Under the pieces are notes generated by a model. That model saw only the letters and a program-made list of their open reading frames with translations, made no database searches and had not been told where the DNA came from. A stretch of DNA of 59,036 bases from Gemmatimonadales bacterium (GTDB taxonomy: Bacteria > Gemmatimonadota > Gemmatimonadetes > Gemmatimonadales > GWC2-71-9): contig DATBBW010000111.1 in NCBI GenBank assembly GCA_036270795.1, positions 1 through 59,036 on the forward strand, written 5' to 3'. The position numbers were made by a program, and so were the translations under genes. Numbering within the stretch: position 1 is the stretch's first letter; each line of letters starts with the position of its first letter. Positions 1-7,887 of this stretch are shown piece after piece.

Positions 1-80
1 AGCAGGGGGCGCTCGACACCGGGCTCCCCTGGTTCTACGCCGGCGTCGAGATCCGCACCGACCACTGGGCCGGCCCGTGA
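1..80 (+). CDS. 3' end (last 26 codons) of an upstream paralog of the C-terminal-domain family seen in 324..2870 and 4278..5132; the gene begins outside the window
   Basis: Frame 3 reads QGALDTGLPWFYAGVEIRTDHWAGP-stop (TGA 78..80). It is nucleotide-identical to 2791..2870. Confidence 0.8.
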   Translation, partial: QGALDTGLPWFYAGVEIRTDHWAGP

Positions 81-168
81 CGGCGGCGCCGCGGTGCGGT
101 CGCGACGTGCAGCACCGGCCCGCCCGGGGCCGCGCCGTCCGCTGAGCTGAACACCTCGCGGGGTCGTA

Positions 169-198
169 CTGGGCGTCACCACCGGGCGTGACGCCCAG
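169..198 (+). terminator. Stem-loop downstream of the partial paralog (11-bp perfect stem, 8-nt loop, no T-tract)
   Basis: The arms ctgggcgtcac (169..179) and gtgacgcccag (188..198) are exact reverse complements. Confidence 0.35.
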
Positions 199-323
199 CC
201 CCCGGGGCCTGGCTGCTCAGGGTCCCCGCCTCCCGTGCTCCCGGGGCTGGTAGCACCCGTCAACATTGACTGCGGCGCAGCTCGCGCCGCCACACCTTAC
301 GACCTACGTAGGGAGGAACGGTT

Positions 324-2870
324 ATGCCCTTCAAACACAAACTCTCCAAGCGCCTGGCGCTGATCAGGGATTTTGCACTTGGTCTCGCGGTCCTGGTCAT
401 GGCGTGTACTGACCGGTCCGTCACGAGCTTATCGAGCGCATCGAGCGTGTCTCACCTGTCCGGCGCCGTTACACCCTCCTCACCAGGACAGGTCCTCAAT
501 CTCAGCGTCGCCGGTGTGACCCAAACCTCGGTCAGCCTCACCTTCACCGAGGTGGATGACGGCACGGGTCAGCCCGCTCAGTACGACGTCCGCTATGCGC
601 CGCCGCCCTCGTTGTCGAACTACGGCTGGGGCGGGGCACCCAGTGTCACGAGCGGTACCTGCACCACGCCGGTGGCAGGGACTACGATCGGCGCGGTCCA
701 CAGCTGCACGATCACCGGCCTCGCGGCAGGGAAGGCGTACGAGTTCCAACTCGTGCCCTTCCGGGGCACCTATTCCACGTCGTCCACGTCGCTCGTGTTC
801 GGGAGCTTGTCCAACGTCGCCAGCGCCACGACCGCGGCCAGCGCCACGACCGTCGCCGGGCCGCCTGGACAAGTGCAGAACCTCGCCGTCGCGAGCGTCA
901 CATCGACCTCGGTCACGCTGGCCTTCACGGAAGTGACCGACGGTACCGGTCAGCCCGCCCAGTACGACGTCCGCTATGCCCCGGCACCCACCCTGTCGAA
1001 CTATGGCTGGGGCCTGGCCTCGACCGTCACGAGCGGCACCTGCACGACACCGGTGGCGGGGACCACAATCGGCGCGGCACGCAGCTGTACCATCACTGGC
1101 CTCGGGGCGGGGAAAGCGTACCAGTTCCAACTGGTGGCGTTCCGGGGTACCTATTCCGCGTCGTCCACGTCGCTCGTGTTCGGCAGCTTGTCCAATGTGG
1201 CCAGCGCCACGACTGCGGCTGGGCCGCCCGGGACTGTGCAGAACCTTGCGGTCGCGAGCGTCACGTCGACGTCAGTCACGCTGGCCTTCACCGAAGTGAC
1301 CAACGGCACCGGTCAGCCCGCCCAGTACGACGTCCGCTATGCGCTGGCGCCCGCCCTGTCGAACTATGGCTGGGGCCAGGCCTCGAGCGTCACGAGCGGC
1401 ACCTGCGCGACGCCGGTGGCGGGGACCACGATCGGCGCGGTACGCAGCTGCACCATCACCGGCTTGGCGGCGGGGAAGGCGTACCAGTTCCAACTGGTGG
1501 CGTTCCGGGGTACCTATTCCACGTCGTCCACGTCGCTCGTGTTCGGCAGCTTGTCCAATGTGGCCAGCGCCACGACCCCGGCCGGCACAGTCGTGCCGGT
1601 GGCAGCGGTGACGGTGAGTCCGGCGACGGCGAGCCTCTCGAACGGGCAGACGGTGCAGCTGACGGCGACGCCCAAGGATGCGAGCGGGACGCCGTTGAGC
1701 GGCCGCGTGGTGACCTGGGCGATGAGCAACGCGGCGGTGGCGACGGTGAGCGGCAGCGGGCTGGTCACCGGCGGCGGGGCCGGGACGGCCACGATCACGG
1801 CCACGAGCGAAGGCCAGAGTGGCGCGAGCGCGGTCACCGTGACGGTGGTCCCGGTGGCGTCGGTGGCGGTGAGTCCGGCGACGGCGAGCCTCTCGAACGG
1901 GCAGACGGTGCAGCTGACGGCGACGCCGAAGGATGCGAGCGGGACGCCGTTGAGCGGTCGGGTGGTCACCTGGGCGACGAGCAACGCCGCGGTGGCGACG
2001 GTGAGCGGCAGCGGGCTGGTCACCGGCGTGGTGCCCGGGACGGCGACGATCACGGCCACGAGCGAGGGCCAGAGTGGCGCGAGCGCGATCACCGTGACGG
2101 TCGTCACGGGGGGCGTGGTGTTCCAGAGCGATTGGCCCGTGGTCGGCACCACGGCGGCGGCGGTGAGTGACGGTGGCAAATGGGCCAGCTACTGGGAATT
2201 CAACAATGGCACGACCGTGCAGCTCTTGTCGGTCGTCCCCGGTGGCCCCGGGGGTCGCAATGCCCTGCAAGTGATCCAGCGGGGGTCGACCTACGCCGCC
2301 GCCGTGCAGCAGGACAACATCCTGCCGCCCTCGACGGATTTCTACGTCCGCTACTACATGCGGAACGATGACACCTCGCCCGCCGGCGATCACCTGGTGG
2401 TGGCGGGCATCTACTCGTATCAGAATCTCATCTACATGCGCAAGTATAGCGGGGCCACGGGGTGGCAGTTCGTGATCGGGGTGTACGGCTGTACGTACAC
2501 CTACCCCGTCGGCTATTGGGGGCCGAGCGCGCCGCTCAGCCACGGGGCGTGGTACCGCTTTGAGTACTTCGTCCACTATGTCGATGCGACGCACGTCCAG
2601 ATCCATCCCCGGGTGTACGACGTGAACGGCACCCAGATCCTCGGGGATGCGGACTTCCAGCAGTCCGACTACGGGACCGCCGTATGGAACGGGTCGAACA
2701 CGTGGACGCTCGCGTCGTATTACGCCGCGGGCTACAACTTGTGCGTCACCCCGTCGGCCCTCACGAGTTTCTCCGTGGGGAACAACGGGCAGCAGGGGGC
2801 GCTCGACACCGGGCTCCCCTGGTTCTACGCCGGCGTCGAGATCCGCACCGACCACTGGGCCGGCCCGTGA
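324..2870 (+). CDS. Large surface lipoprotein: 3x FN3-like repeats, 2x Big_2-like repeats, and a ~250-aa uncharacterised C-terminal domain
   Basis: SD GGGAGG lies 7 nt upstream of the ATG. There is a lipobox LVMAC (Cys28). The FN3-like units contain LTFTEV.DGTGQPAQYDVRYA...GKAY.FQLV.FRG. The Big_2-like units contain VSPATASLSNGQTVQLTATPKDASG...ATITATSEGQSG. The C-terminal domain is shared with 4278..5132. Confidence 0.85.
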   Translation: MPFKHKLSKRLALIRDFALGLAVLVMACTDRSVTSLSSASSVSHLSGAVTPSSPGQVLNLSVAGVTQTSVSLTFTEVDDGTGQPAQYDVRYAPPPSLSNYGWGGAPSVTSGTCTTPVAGTTIGAVHSCTITGLAAGKAYEFQLVPFRGTYSTSSTSLVFGSLSNVASATTAASATTVAGPPGQVQNLAVASVTSTSVTLAFTEVTDGTGQPAQYDVRYAPAPTLSNYGWGLASTVTSGTCTTPVAGTTIGAARSCTITGLGAGKAYQFQLVAFRGTYSASSTSLVFGSLSNVASATTAAGPPGTVQNLAVASVTSTSVTLAFTEVTNGTGQPAQYDVRYALAPALSNYGWGQASSVTSGTCATPVAGTTIGAVRSCTITGLAAGKAYQFQLVAFRGTYSTSSTSLVFGSLSNVASATTPAGTVVPVAAVTVSPATASLSNGQTVQLTATPKDASGTPLSGRVVTWAMSNAAVATVSGSGLVTGGGAGTATITATSEGQSGASAVTVTVVPVASVAVSPATASLSNGQTVQLTATPKDASGTPLSGRVVTWATSNAAVATVSGSGLVTGVVPGTATITATSEGQSGASAITVTVVTGGVVFQSDWPVVGTTAAAVSDGGKWASYWEFNNGTTVQLLSVVPGGPGGRNALQVIQRGSTYAAAVQQDNILPPSTDFYVRYYMRNDDTSPAGDHLVVAGIYSYQNLIYMRKYSGATGWQFVIGVYGCTYTYPVGYWGPSAPLSHGAWYRFEYFVHYVDATHVQIHPRVYDVNGTQILGDADFQQSDYGTAVWNGSNTWTLASYYAAGYNLCVTPSALTSFSVGNNGQQGALDTGLPWFYAGVEIRTDHWAGP
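477..1580 (+). repeat. Three tandem ~363-380-nt intragenic repeats (FN3-like units)
   Basis: Units start near 477, 858 and 1221. Units 2 and 3 differ at roughly one residue in ten by eye, and long stretches are nucleotide-identical. Confidence 0.9.
1590..2105 (+). repeat. Two tandem ~255-nt intragenic repeats (Big_2-like units)
   Basis: Units start near 1590 and 1845. About 7 of 85 residues differ, and gtgagtccggcgacggcgagcctctcgaacgggcagacggtgcagctgacggcgacgcc is repeated. Confidence 0.9.
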
Positions 2871-2999
2871 CGGCGGCGCCGCGGTGCGGTCGCGACGTGC
2901 AGCACCGGCCCGCCCGGGGCCGCGCCGAACGCTGAGCTGAACACCTCGCAGGGTCGTACTGGGCGTCACCACCGGGCGTGACGCCCAGCCCCCGGGGCC
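2791..2999 (+). repeat. Copy B of the 209-nt duplicated segment (see 1..209)
   Basis: Same as copy A; it covers the last 80 nt of CDS 324..2870 plus 129 nt downstream. Confidence 0.9.
2959..2988 (+). terminator. Stem-loop downstream of 324..2870 (duplicate of 169..198)
   Basis: Identical 11-bp stem ctgggcgtcac/gtgacgcccag. There is no T-tract, so this is intrinsic-terminator-like only. Confidence 0.35.
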
Positions 3000-3206
3000 G
3001 GTCGTATACCCACAATATTGACAGCCGCCGTTTTCACTCTAGTGTTCGGCGCATCAGCTTGAGGCCCCAGGCCACGTCGCCGGGCGGCTGCGCCGCCGTC
3101 CTGCGGTGTGCCGGGCTCACCCTCCATCCCATGTCCCAACTCCGTCCAACTCCGTGACGCCGATCGTCCCTCGACGGGTCGCCCTACCTGAGCCGGCGGC
3201 CGCGCG

Positions 3207-3992
3207 ATGAGCGCCACATGGCTCGAGCAGGCCTACTGGCGGGTGGAGCAATTCGTGGTACCGGGCCTGCAATACTCCCAGGACTCCTACGCCGACGCCC
3301 TCGATGGCCAGGTCGCGGCCCACACCGCGTGGCTGGAGCTCGGCTGCGGGCATCAGATTCTGCCCGCGTGGCGCGCGGCGAGGGAGCGGGCCCTGGTCGC
3401 TCGGGCGCGGTGCGTGGTCGGCGTGGACCGCGTGTCGACGGCCCTCCAGCGGCACCAGACCATTGCGCGCTTGGCCGCGGCCGATATCGCGGAGTTGCCG
3501 TTCCGCGGGGAGCAGTTCGATCTGGTGACGGCGAACATGGTGGTCGAACACCTGCAAGAGCCCGAGCGCCTGTTCGGAGAGGTGTGGCGCGTGATGAAGC
3601 CCGGGGGGCGGTTCTTGTTCCACACGCCCAACACGCTCGGCTATTCCACGGTGCTCGCGAGGCTTGTGCCCGAGTGGATGAAGCAGCCCGCGATCCGGGT
3701 GATCGAGGGCCGCTGGAGTCACGATGTCTTTCCGACGCACTATCAGGCGAACTCCCGCAAGGCGATCGCACGGATCGCCGGAACTGTGGGCTTTGAGGTC
3801 GCGACGATTCAGCTGGTGGACTCCGCCGCGGAGTTCATCCGCTTCCTGCCGTTCGCCGTCCTCGAGTTGTTGTGGATCCGCCTGCTGCGCACGACCAGAC
3901 TCGACGGGTTGCGCACCAACATCATCGCCGTGCTCCGCAAGCCGGCGCCGCCGCCAGCGTCTTCCGAAGGGAGGGGTGCGCCGGTGGCCTGA
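3207..3992 (+). CDS. Class I SAM-dependent methyltransferase
   Basis: Motif I is WLELGCGHQ. Later motifs are VVGVD, FDLVTANMVVEHLQEP and VMKPGGRFLFHTPN, which is Methyltransf_11-like. Confidence 0.8.
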   Translation: MSATWLEQAYWRVEQFVVPGLQYSQDSYADALDGQVAAHTAWLELGCGHQILPAWRAARERALVARARCVVGVDRVSTALQRHQTIARLAAADIAELPFRGEQFDLVTANMVVEHLQEPERLFGEVWRVMKPGGRFLFHTPNTLGYSTVLARLVPEWMKQPAIRVIEGRWSHDVFPTHYQANSRKAIARIAGTVGFEVATIQLVDSAAEFIRFLPFAVLELLWIRLLRTTRLDGLRTNIIAVLRKPAPPPASSEGRGAPVA

Positions 3993-4277
3993 CGGTTGGT
4001 CTACGCCCACGAGAGACGGGGGCGGCACCGGCTCTGTGCCCTCGGCCGCGCGCGATGGCCGCTCGGCGACCCGTCGCGGCCACGCAGCGGGGGCTCGCGC
4101 ACCTGAGGCGAGCACACCCTGGCCTTCAGCATGAAACGTGGCGTCGGGTGCACGGGACTTGCAGCGAGGCACAGGCAGCACACCCCCGAGCCGGCGCGGT
4201 GCCGTCGCCCCGGCCTCGACATTGACCCTCGGTCCCCCTGACGCTCGGTCGCGGGGTCCCGGGGATTGCGGAGTGCC

Positions 4278-5132
4278 ATGGTCTCCATGCGGCTACACCG
4301 ATTACCGCTGGCTGCGGCCGGGGTCGCGTTCGGCCTCGCGGCCGGTTGCTTAGCCGTCCCCTACCACGGCGAGGAGGTGTTCCAAAGCGATTGGCAGACC
4401 GAACTCGGCACGTCCCGTCGCGCCGTGACCGACGGTGGGCGCTGGCACAGCTATTGGGAGTTCAACCATGGCACGCCTGTCCAGCTCTTGTCGGTCGTCC
4501 CCGGCGGCCCCGGGGGCCGCAATGCCCTCCGAGTGATTCAGCGGGGGCCGAGCTACGCCGCCGCCCTGCAGCAGGACAACGTGGTGCCGCCCGCGACCGA
4601 TTTCTACGTCCGCTACTACATGCGCAACGATGACACCTCGACCGCCGGCGATCACCTGGCGGTGGCGGGCATCGCCTCGTATCAGAATCTCACCTACATG
4701 CGGAAGTTCGGCGGCAACAGCGGCTGGCGGTTCGCCGTCAGCTTCTACGGCTGCGGCTATGTCTACCCCATCGGGCACTGGAGTCCGGCGGTGACGCTCC
4801 ACCCCAAGACGTGGTACCGCTTCGAGTATTTCGTGGAATACGTGGATGCGCGGCATGTCCGCGTGCATCCCCGGGTATTCGACGCGAGCGGCACCCAGAT
4901 CCTGAGCGATGCCGATTACCGACAGTCGGACTGGGGCAGCAGCGCCTGGCAGGGGCGGAACACCTGGACGCTGGCCTCCTACTACGCCTCGGGGTACAGC
5001 TTCTGCGTTGTGCCGACCGCGCTCACGAGTTTCTCCGTGGGGAACAACGGGCAACAGGGCGCGCTCGACACCGGGCTCCCGTGGTTTTTTGCCGGTGTCG
5101 AGATCCGGCTCGACCACTGGGCGGGCCCCTGA
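4278..5132 (+). CDS. Lipoprotein consisting only of the uncharacterised C-terminal domain (paralog of 2118..2867)
   Basis: GGAG lies 4 nt upstream of ATG 4278; the track starts at TTG 4266. There is a lipobox LAAGC. The protein aligns end to end with the C-terminus of 324..2870 (VFQSDW...YVRYYMRNDDTS...WYRFEYFV...SVGNNGQQGALDTGLPWF.AGVEIR.DHWAGP). Confidence 0.8.
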   Translation: MVSMRLHRLPLAAAGVAFGLAAGCLAVPYHGEEVFQSDWQTELGTSRRAVTDGGRWHSYWEFNHGTPVQLLSVVPGGPGGRNALRVIQRGPSYAAALQQDNVVPPATDFYVRYYMRNDDTSTAGDHLAVAGIASYQNLTYMRKFGGNSGWRFAVSFYGCGYVYPIGHWSPAVTLHPKTWYRFEYFVEYVDARHVRVHPRVFDASGTQILSDADYRQSDWGSSAWQGRNTWTLASYYASGYSFCVVPTALTSFSVGNNGQQGALDTGLPWFFAGVEIRLDHWAGP

Positions 5133-5221
5133 CGCCGTTGCCGCGACGCCCGGTGGCGCCGCCGATCGTCGCCGCTTGGGGAGACCGCTCGCGAGACGAT
5201 CGGGTCAACCGTGCGGCGTGA

Positions 5222-6508
5222 TCAGGCGCGGCGGGGGATGGCGTCCGCGGCGCGCGCCAACCGCGCCGCCGGCACGGCGGGCCGGCCCAGCAGCCCGTCA
5301 TAGGCCGAGCAGATCCGTCGGCCGATGACGCTCCAGCTGTAGTGCTCGACCGCGGTGCGCCGCGCATGCTCCCCGAGACGCGCGCGCAGGCGAGCATCGC
5401 TCAGCACCTGGAGCACCGCGGCGGCAAACGCCTCCGGTGTGTCCCGGACGAGGATGTTGTCACCGTCCCGGGCGGCGAGGCCCTCGGCGCCGATCGCCGT
5501 GGAGACGACTGCCTGTCCCATCGCCCAGGCGTCGAGGATCTTCAAACGGGTGCCCCCGCCGATCCGGATCGGCACCACGCAGCAACGAGCCTCCGACAGG
5601 GGAGGCCGGACGTCAGTCACGTAGCCCAGCGTGGTGACGCCGGGCTCGGCATTGTAGCGGGCTTGGTCGGACGGGGCGCTGCGGCCGATCAGCCGCAAGG
5701 AGGTGGAGCGGTCCGCGGTGTGGACCTTGGGCCAGATGTCCTGCAGGAGGAACTCTACCGCATCCCAGTTGGGGTGGTTGTAGGTCGGCCCCACGAACAC
5801 CACACGCCCGGCTACGGATTCGCGGCCCGGCTGAAAGTACTCCGTGTCCGTGCCGTTCGGGACCACGACCGTGGTCGCGTGCGGGGCCAGGGCCCGGAGT
5901 CGCCGAGCGTCCAGCTCGGACATCATCACGTTGAGGGCGAGTCTGGGACACACCTCGCGCACTAGGCGCTCGACCCGGTCCGCCTGGAACCGCAAGTAGC
6001 GGCGGAGCACGGTGGACCGCGTGCGTTCAGCCCGCTGCCGCAGCAGCTCGAAATCGATGTCGTGGTGCGTGCACGCCGTGGGGACCGGCGGCAAGGCGGG
6101 CAACCAGCGCGCGAGATCGAGGCTGTCCAGATGCACGAGGTCGGGCCGCCGCCGTCGGAGGACGTCGTGGAGCCGGTCCCGGAATGCGTCGCTCTCATAG
6201 ACGTAGTGGGTGTACGCGCGCCCGCTGAGGACACTGCGTAAGTGATCCCACAGCTTGCGGAGCGCCGAGTGCTCGTGGGGAATCGGCGTGGGTTCGGCGA
6301 CGACCGTGGCGACATCCTGGAGCGCACGCCACGCCGCCTCGCGCGCCGCGCGATCCGGCTGATGGCTCACGCGAGCGAATGCGACGAGATCGATGTCGTA
6401 GGCGAGCTGCAGTTGCCGGAGGATGTTGAACGTGCGGTTCGCCACGCCGCTGTGGGGTGGATAGGGGAGGGCCTGCGCGAGGAACAGCAGGCGCGGTCGG
6501 GCCGCCAT
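5222..6508 (-). CDS. GT-B fold glycosyltransferase (GT4-like)
   Basis: N-terminus is LLFLAQALPYPPHSGVANR. C-terminal signature is PIRIGGGTRLKILDAWAMGQAVVSTAIGAEGL. ATG 6508 lies 15 nt after the stop of the upstream gene. The remainder of the 884-aa track ORF overlaps that gene out of frame. Confidence 0.85.
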   Translation of the reverse strand: MAARPRLLFLAQALPYPPHSGVANRTFNILRQLQLAYDIDLVAFARVSHQPDRAAREAAWRALQDVATVVAEPTPIPHEHSALRKLWDHLRSVLSGRAYTHYVYESDAFRDRLHDVLRRRRPDLVHLDSLDLARWLPALPPVPTACTHHDIDFELLRQRAERTRSTVLRRYLRFQADRVERLVREVCPRLALNVMMSELDARRLRALAPHATTVVVPNGTDTEYFQPGRESVAGRVVFVGPTYNHPNWDAVEFLLQDIWPKVHTADRSTSLRLIGRSAPSDQARYNAEPGVTTLGYVTDVRPPLSEARCCVVPIRIGGGTRLKILDAWAMGQAVVSTAIGAEGLAARDGDNILVRDTPEAFAAAVLQVLSDARLRARLGEHARRTAVEHYSWSVIGRRICSAYDGLLGRPAVPAARLARAADAIPRRA

Positions 6509-6522
6509 CGGACGCCGCCGGC

Positions 6523-7887
6523 CTAGGTCGCGCCGGGTCGCACAGCGAGGCGGCGTCGCGGGTCGTCGGGGCGGGTCACCTTCTGCAGCGCCAGGGCTAA
6601 CGCCGCGAGCGCGTACAGGACGTCCGAATACGCCAGCGACAAGAAGAACCCGCCGACCGCGAATCCGACCAGCGCCGTCATGAGGCTCTGCGCGAGCCGC
6701 GCCGTGTTCTGGGCCGCCGCTCCTGCCTGGAGCGAGCGCCGGGCCACGCGCCGGAGCCCGACGAAGGCGCTCACAATCAACCCCACGAAGAACAGGAGGC
6801 CGGGAATGCCGATCTCGGCGCCCACCTGAAGGAAGCTGTTGTGCGCGGTGGTCCAGGGGACCCCGATGCCGTACTCCTGCCGCCGGGCTAACGGCGAAAT
6901 CGTGCCCTCCGCCACCGGAAAGTTGCCCGCTCCCACCCCGAACACCGGGTGCGCCTCCAGGTACGTGAAGCCGCGCTCCCAGGTCTTGAGGCGGCCGGCA
7001 TCGGACGTCGCGTTGTAATCCTGTTGCGGGTTGATGATGGTCTGCATCTGGGTCCAGTATCGGTCGCTCGCGGTTGTGGCAAGGACCGCCGCGATCACGA
7101 GCAGCCCCACGAACCGCGATCGCGCGGGGAGCGTGGTGAAACGCAGCAGCACGAACGCCGCGACCGCGAGCAGCGCGAGGAAGCCACCCCGGGAGCCCGA
7201 GCGGATCTCTCCCACCACCAGCAGCCCGAGCCCGGCGAGCGCGAGCAGCCGCAGCACGAGGCGGCGCTGCCCCAGCACGAAGTACAACCCGAGCGGCAGC
7301 GCGGTCGCGACCAGCGTCGCGAAATCGTTCGCATCGTAGTTGTACAGGTGGCTGAGGCGCCAGTTGTCCGCGCCCAGCTGGAAGCGCGAGAGCGCGACCC
7401 CCGTGTACACCACGGTCACGCTGAAGTACACGAGAATCAATCGCTCGACGTCGCGCACGCTGCGGACACTGCCCGCGATCACGAGACACATCACGATGGC
7501 CTTCGCGAGGTTGTCGGTCACGATGTGGAAGGCCATCCCCTGGCTCAGCGCACCGGGCACCGACAGGGCGCTCCACACGAGCAGCCCGAGGGCGCAGGTT
7601 GTGGTGGCGGAGCGTAGCCGCTCGATCCGGCGCGCGCCGGCTTGGTGGAGCAGGTACAGGACGACCGCCAGGGCGGCCGCGACGAGCGTGGGCTTGAGCG
7701 CTCCTAGTGCGGGGAACAGCTCGTGCACCCGGCCCACCGCCGTGGCGAGGTAAATCGCCACACAGATGAGCAGGGGATCCCACCGCGCCGTCGTGACCGG
7801 CCGGCGCTCCATCGGGAGCAACCACAGAGCGGGCGAGCCGGGGCCCTCGGCGACCACGGCCCTCGGCGCGCGCCACGGCTCATGCAT
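6523..7887 (-). CDS. O-antigen ligase / Wzy-like polysaccharide polymerase (polytopic membrane protein)
   Basis: The protein has many hydrophobic helices and a Wzy_C-like loop EIRSGSRGGFLALLAVAAF. ATG 7887 overlaps the upstream stop by 8 nt; an alternative start is MERRP at 7812. Confidence 0.75.
   Translation of the reverse strand: MHEPWRAPRAVVAEGPGSPALWLLPMERRPVTTARWDPLLICVAIYLATAVGRVHELFPALGALKPTLVAAALAVVLYLLHQAGARRIERLRSATTTCALGLLVWSALSVPGALSQGMAFHIVTDNLAKAIVMCLVIAGSVRSVRDVERLILVYFSVTVVYTGVALSRFQLGADNWRLSHLYNYDANDFATLVATALPLGLYFVLGQRRLVLRLLALAGLGLLVVGEIRSGSRGGFLALLAVAAFVLLRFTTLPARSRFVGLLVIAAVLATTASDRYWTQMQTIINPQQDYNATSDAGRLKTWERGFTYLEAHPVFGVGAGNFPVAEGTISPLARRQEYGIGVPWTTAHNSFLQVGAEIGIPGLLFFVGLIVSAFVGLRRVARRSLQAGAAAQNTARLAQSLMTALVGFAVGGFFLSLAYSDVLYALAALALALQKVTRPDDPRRRLAVRPGAT

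Larger units (their letters stand above)
1..209 (+). repeat. Copy A of a 209-nt duplicated segment (CDS 3' end plus downstream hairpin); copy B is at 2791..2999
   Basis: Direct comparison shows only 3 mismatches (137-138 tc vs aa, 160 g vs a). Identity ends at 209/2999. Confidence 0.9.

Noticed and set aside
1-209. A DGR-like template/variable repeat signature. All three mismatches between the 209-nt copies have adenine in copy B (2927, 2928, 2950) and a non-A base in copy A.
   Set aside because: There are only three mismatches and all lie in the non-coding part downstream of the stop codons. The coding parts are identical. No reverse transcriptase or accessory gene is present in the window. 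Chance or ordinary divergence is more likely.
480-4181. Long ORFs antisense to or overlapping the FN3/Big_2 lipoprotein and methyltransferase genes (for example 1272..2972 minus, 566 aa; 1514..2179 minus; 3117..4181 minus, 354 aa).
   Set aside because: Their translations are Arg/Pro/Gly/Ala-rich and low in complexity, with no recognisable motifs. They mirror genes that carry clear domain signatures, which is the typical open-frame artefact of very GC-rich DNA.
263-4226. A shared ACATTGAC / ATATTGAC motif (263..270, 3015..3022, 4219..4226) upstream of the paralogous lipoprotein genes and the methyltransferase, considered as a possible common -35 element.
   Set aside because: I could find no convincing -10 element at 16-18 nt in any of the three cases. 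The motif is only 8 nt long, and two of the copies may simply reflect the ancestry of the duplication.
5222-7876. The 884-aa track ORF read as a single gene.
   Set aside because: Only its last 428 codons (from ATG 6508) look like a GT-B glycosyltransferase. The upstream part overlaps, out of frame, the convincing Wzy-like membrane protein at 6523..7887.
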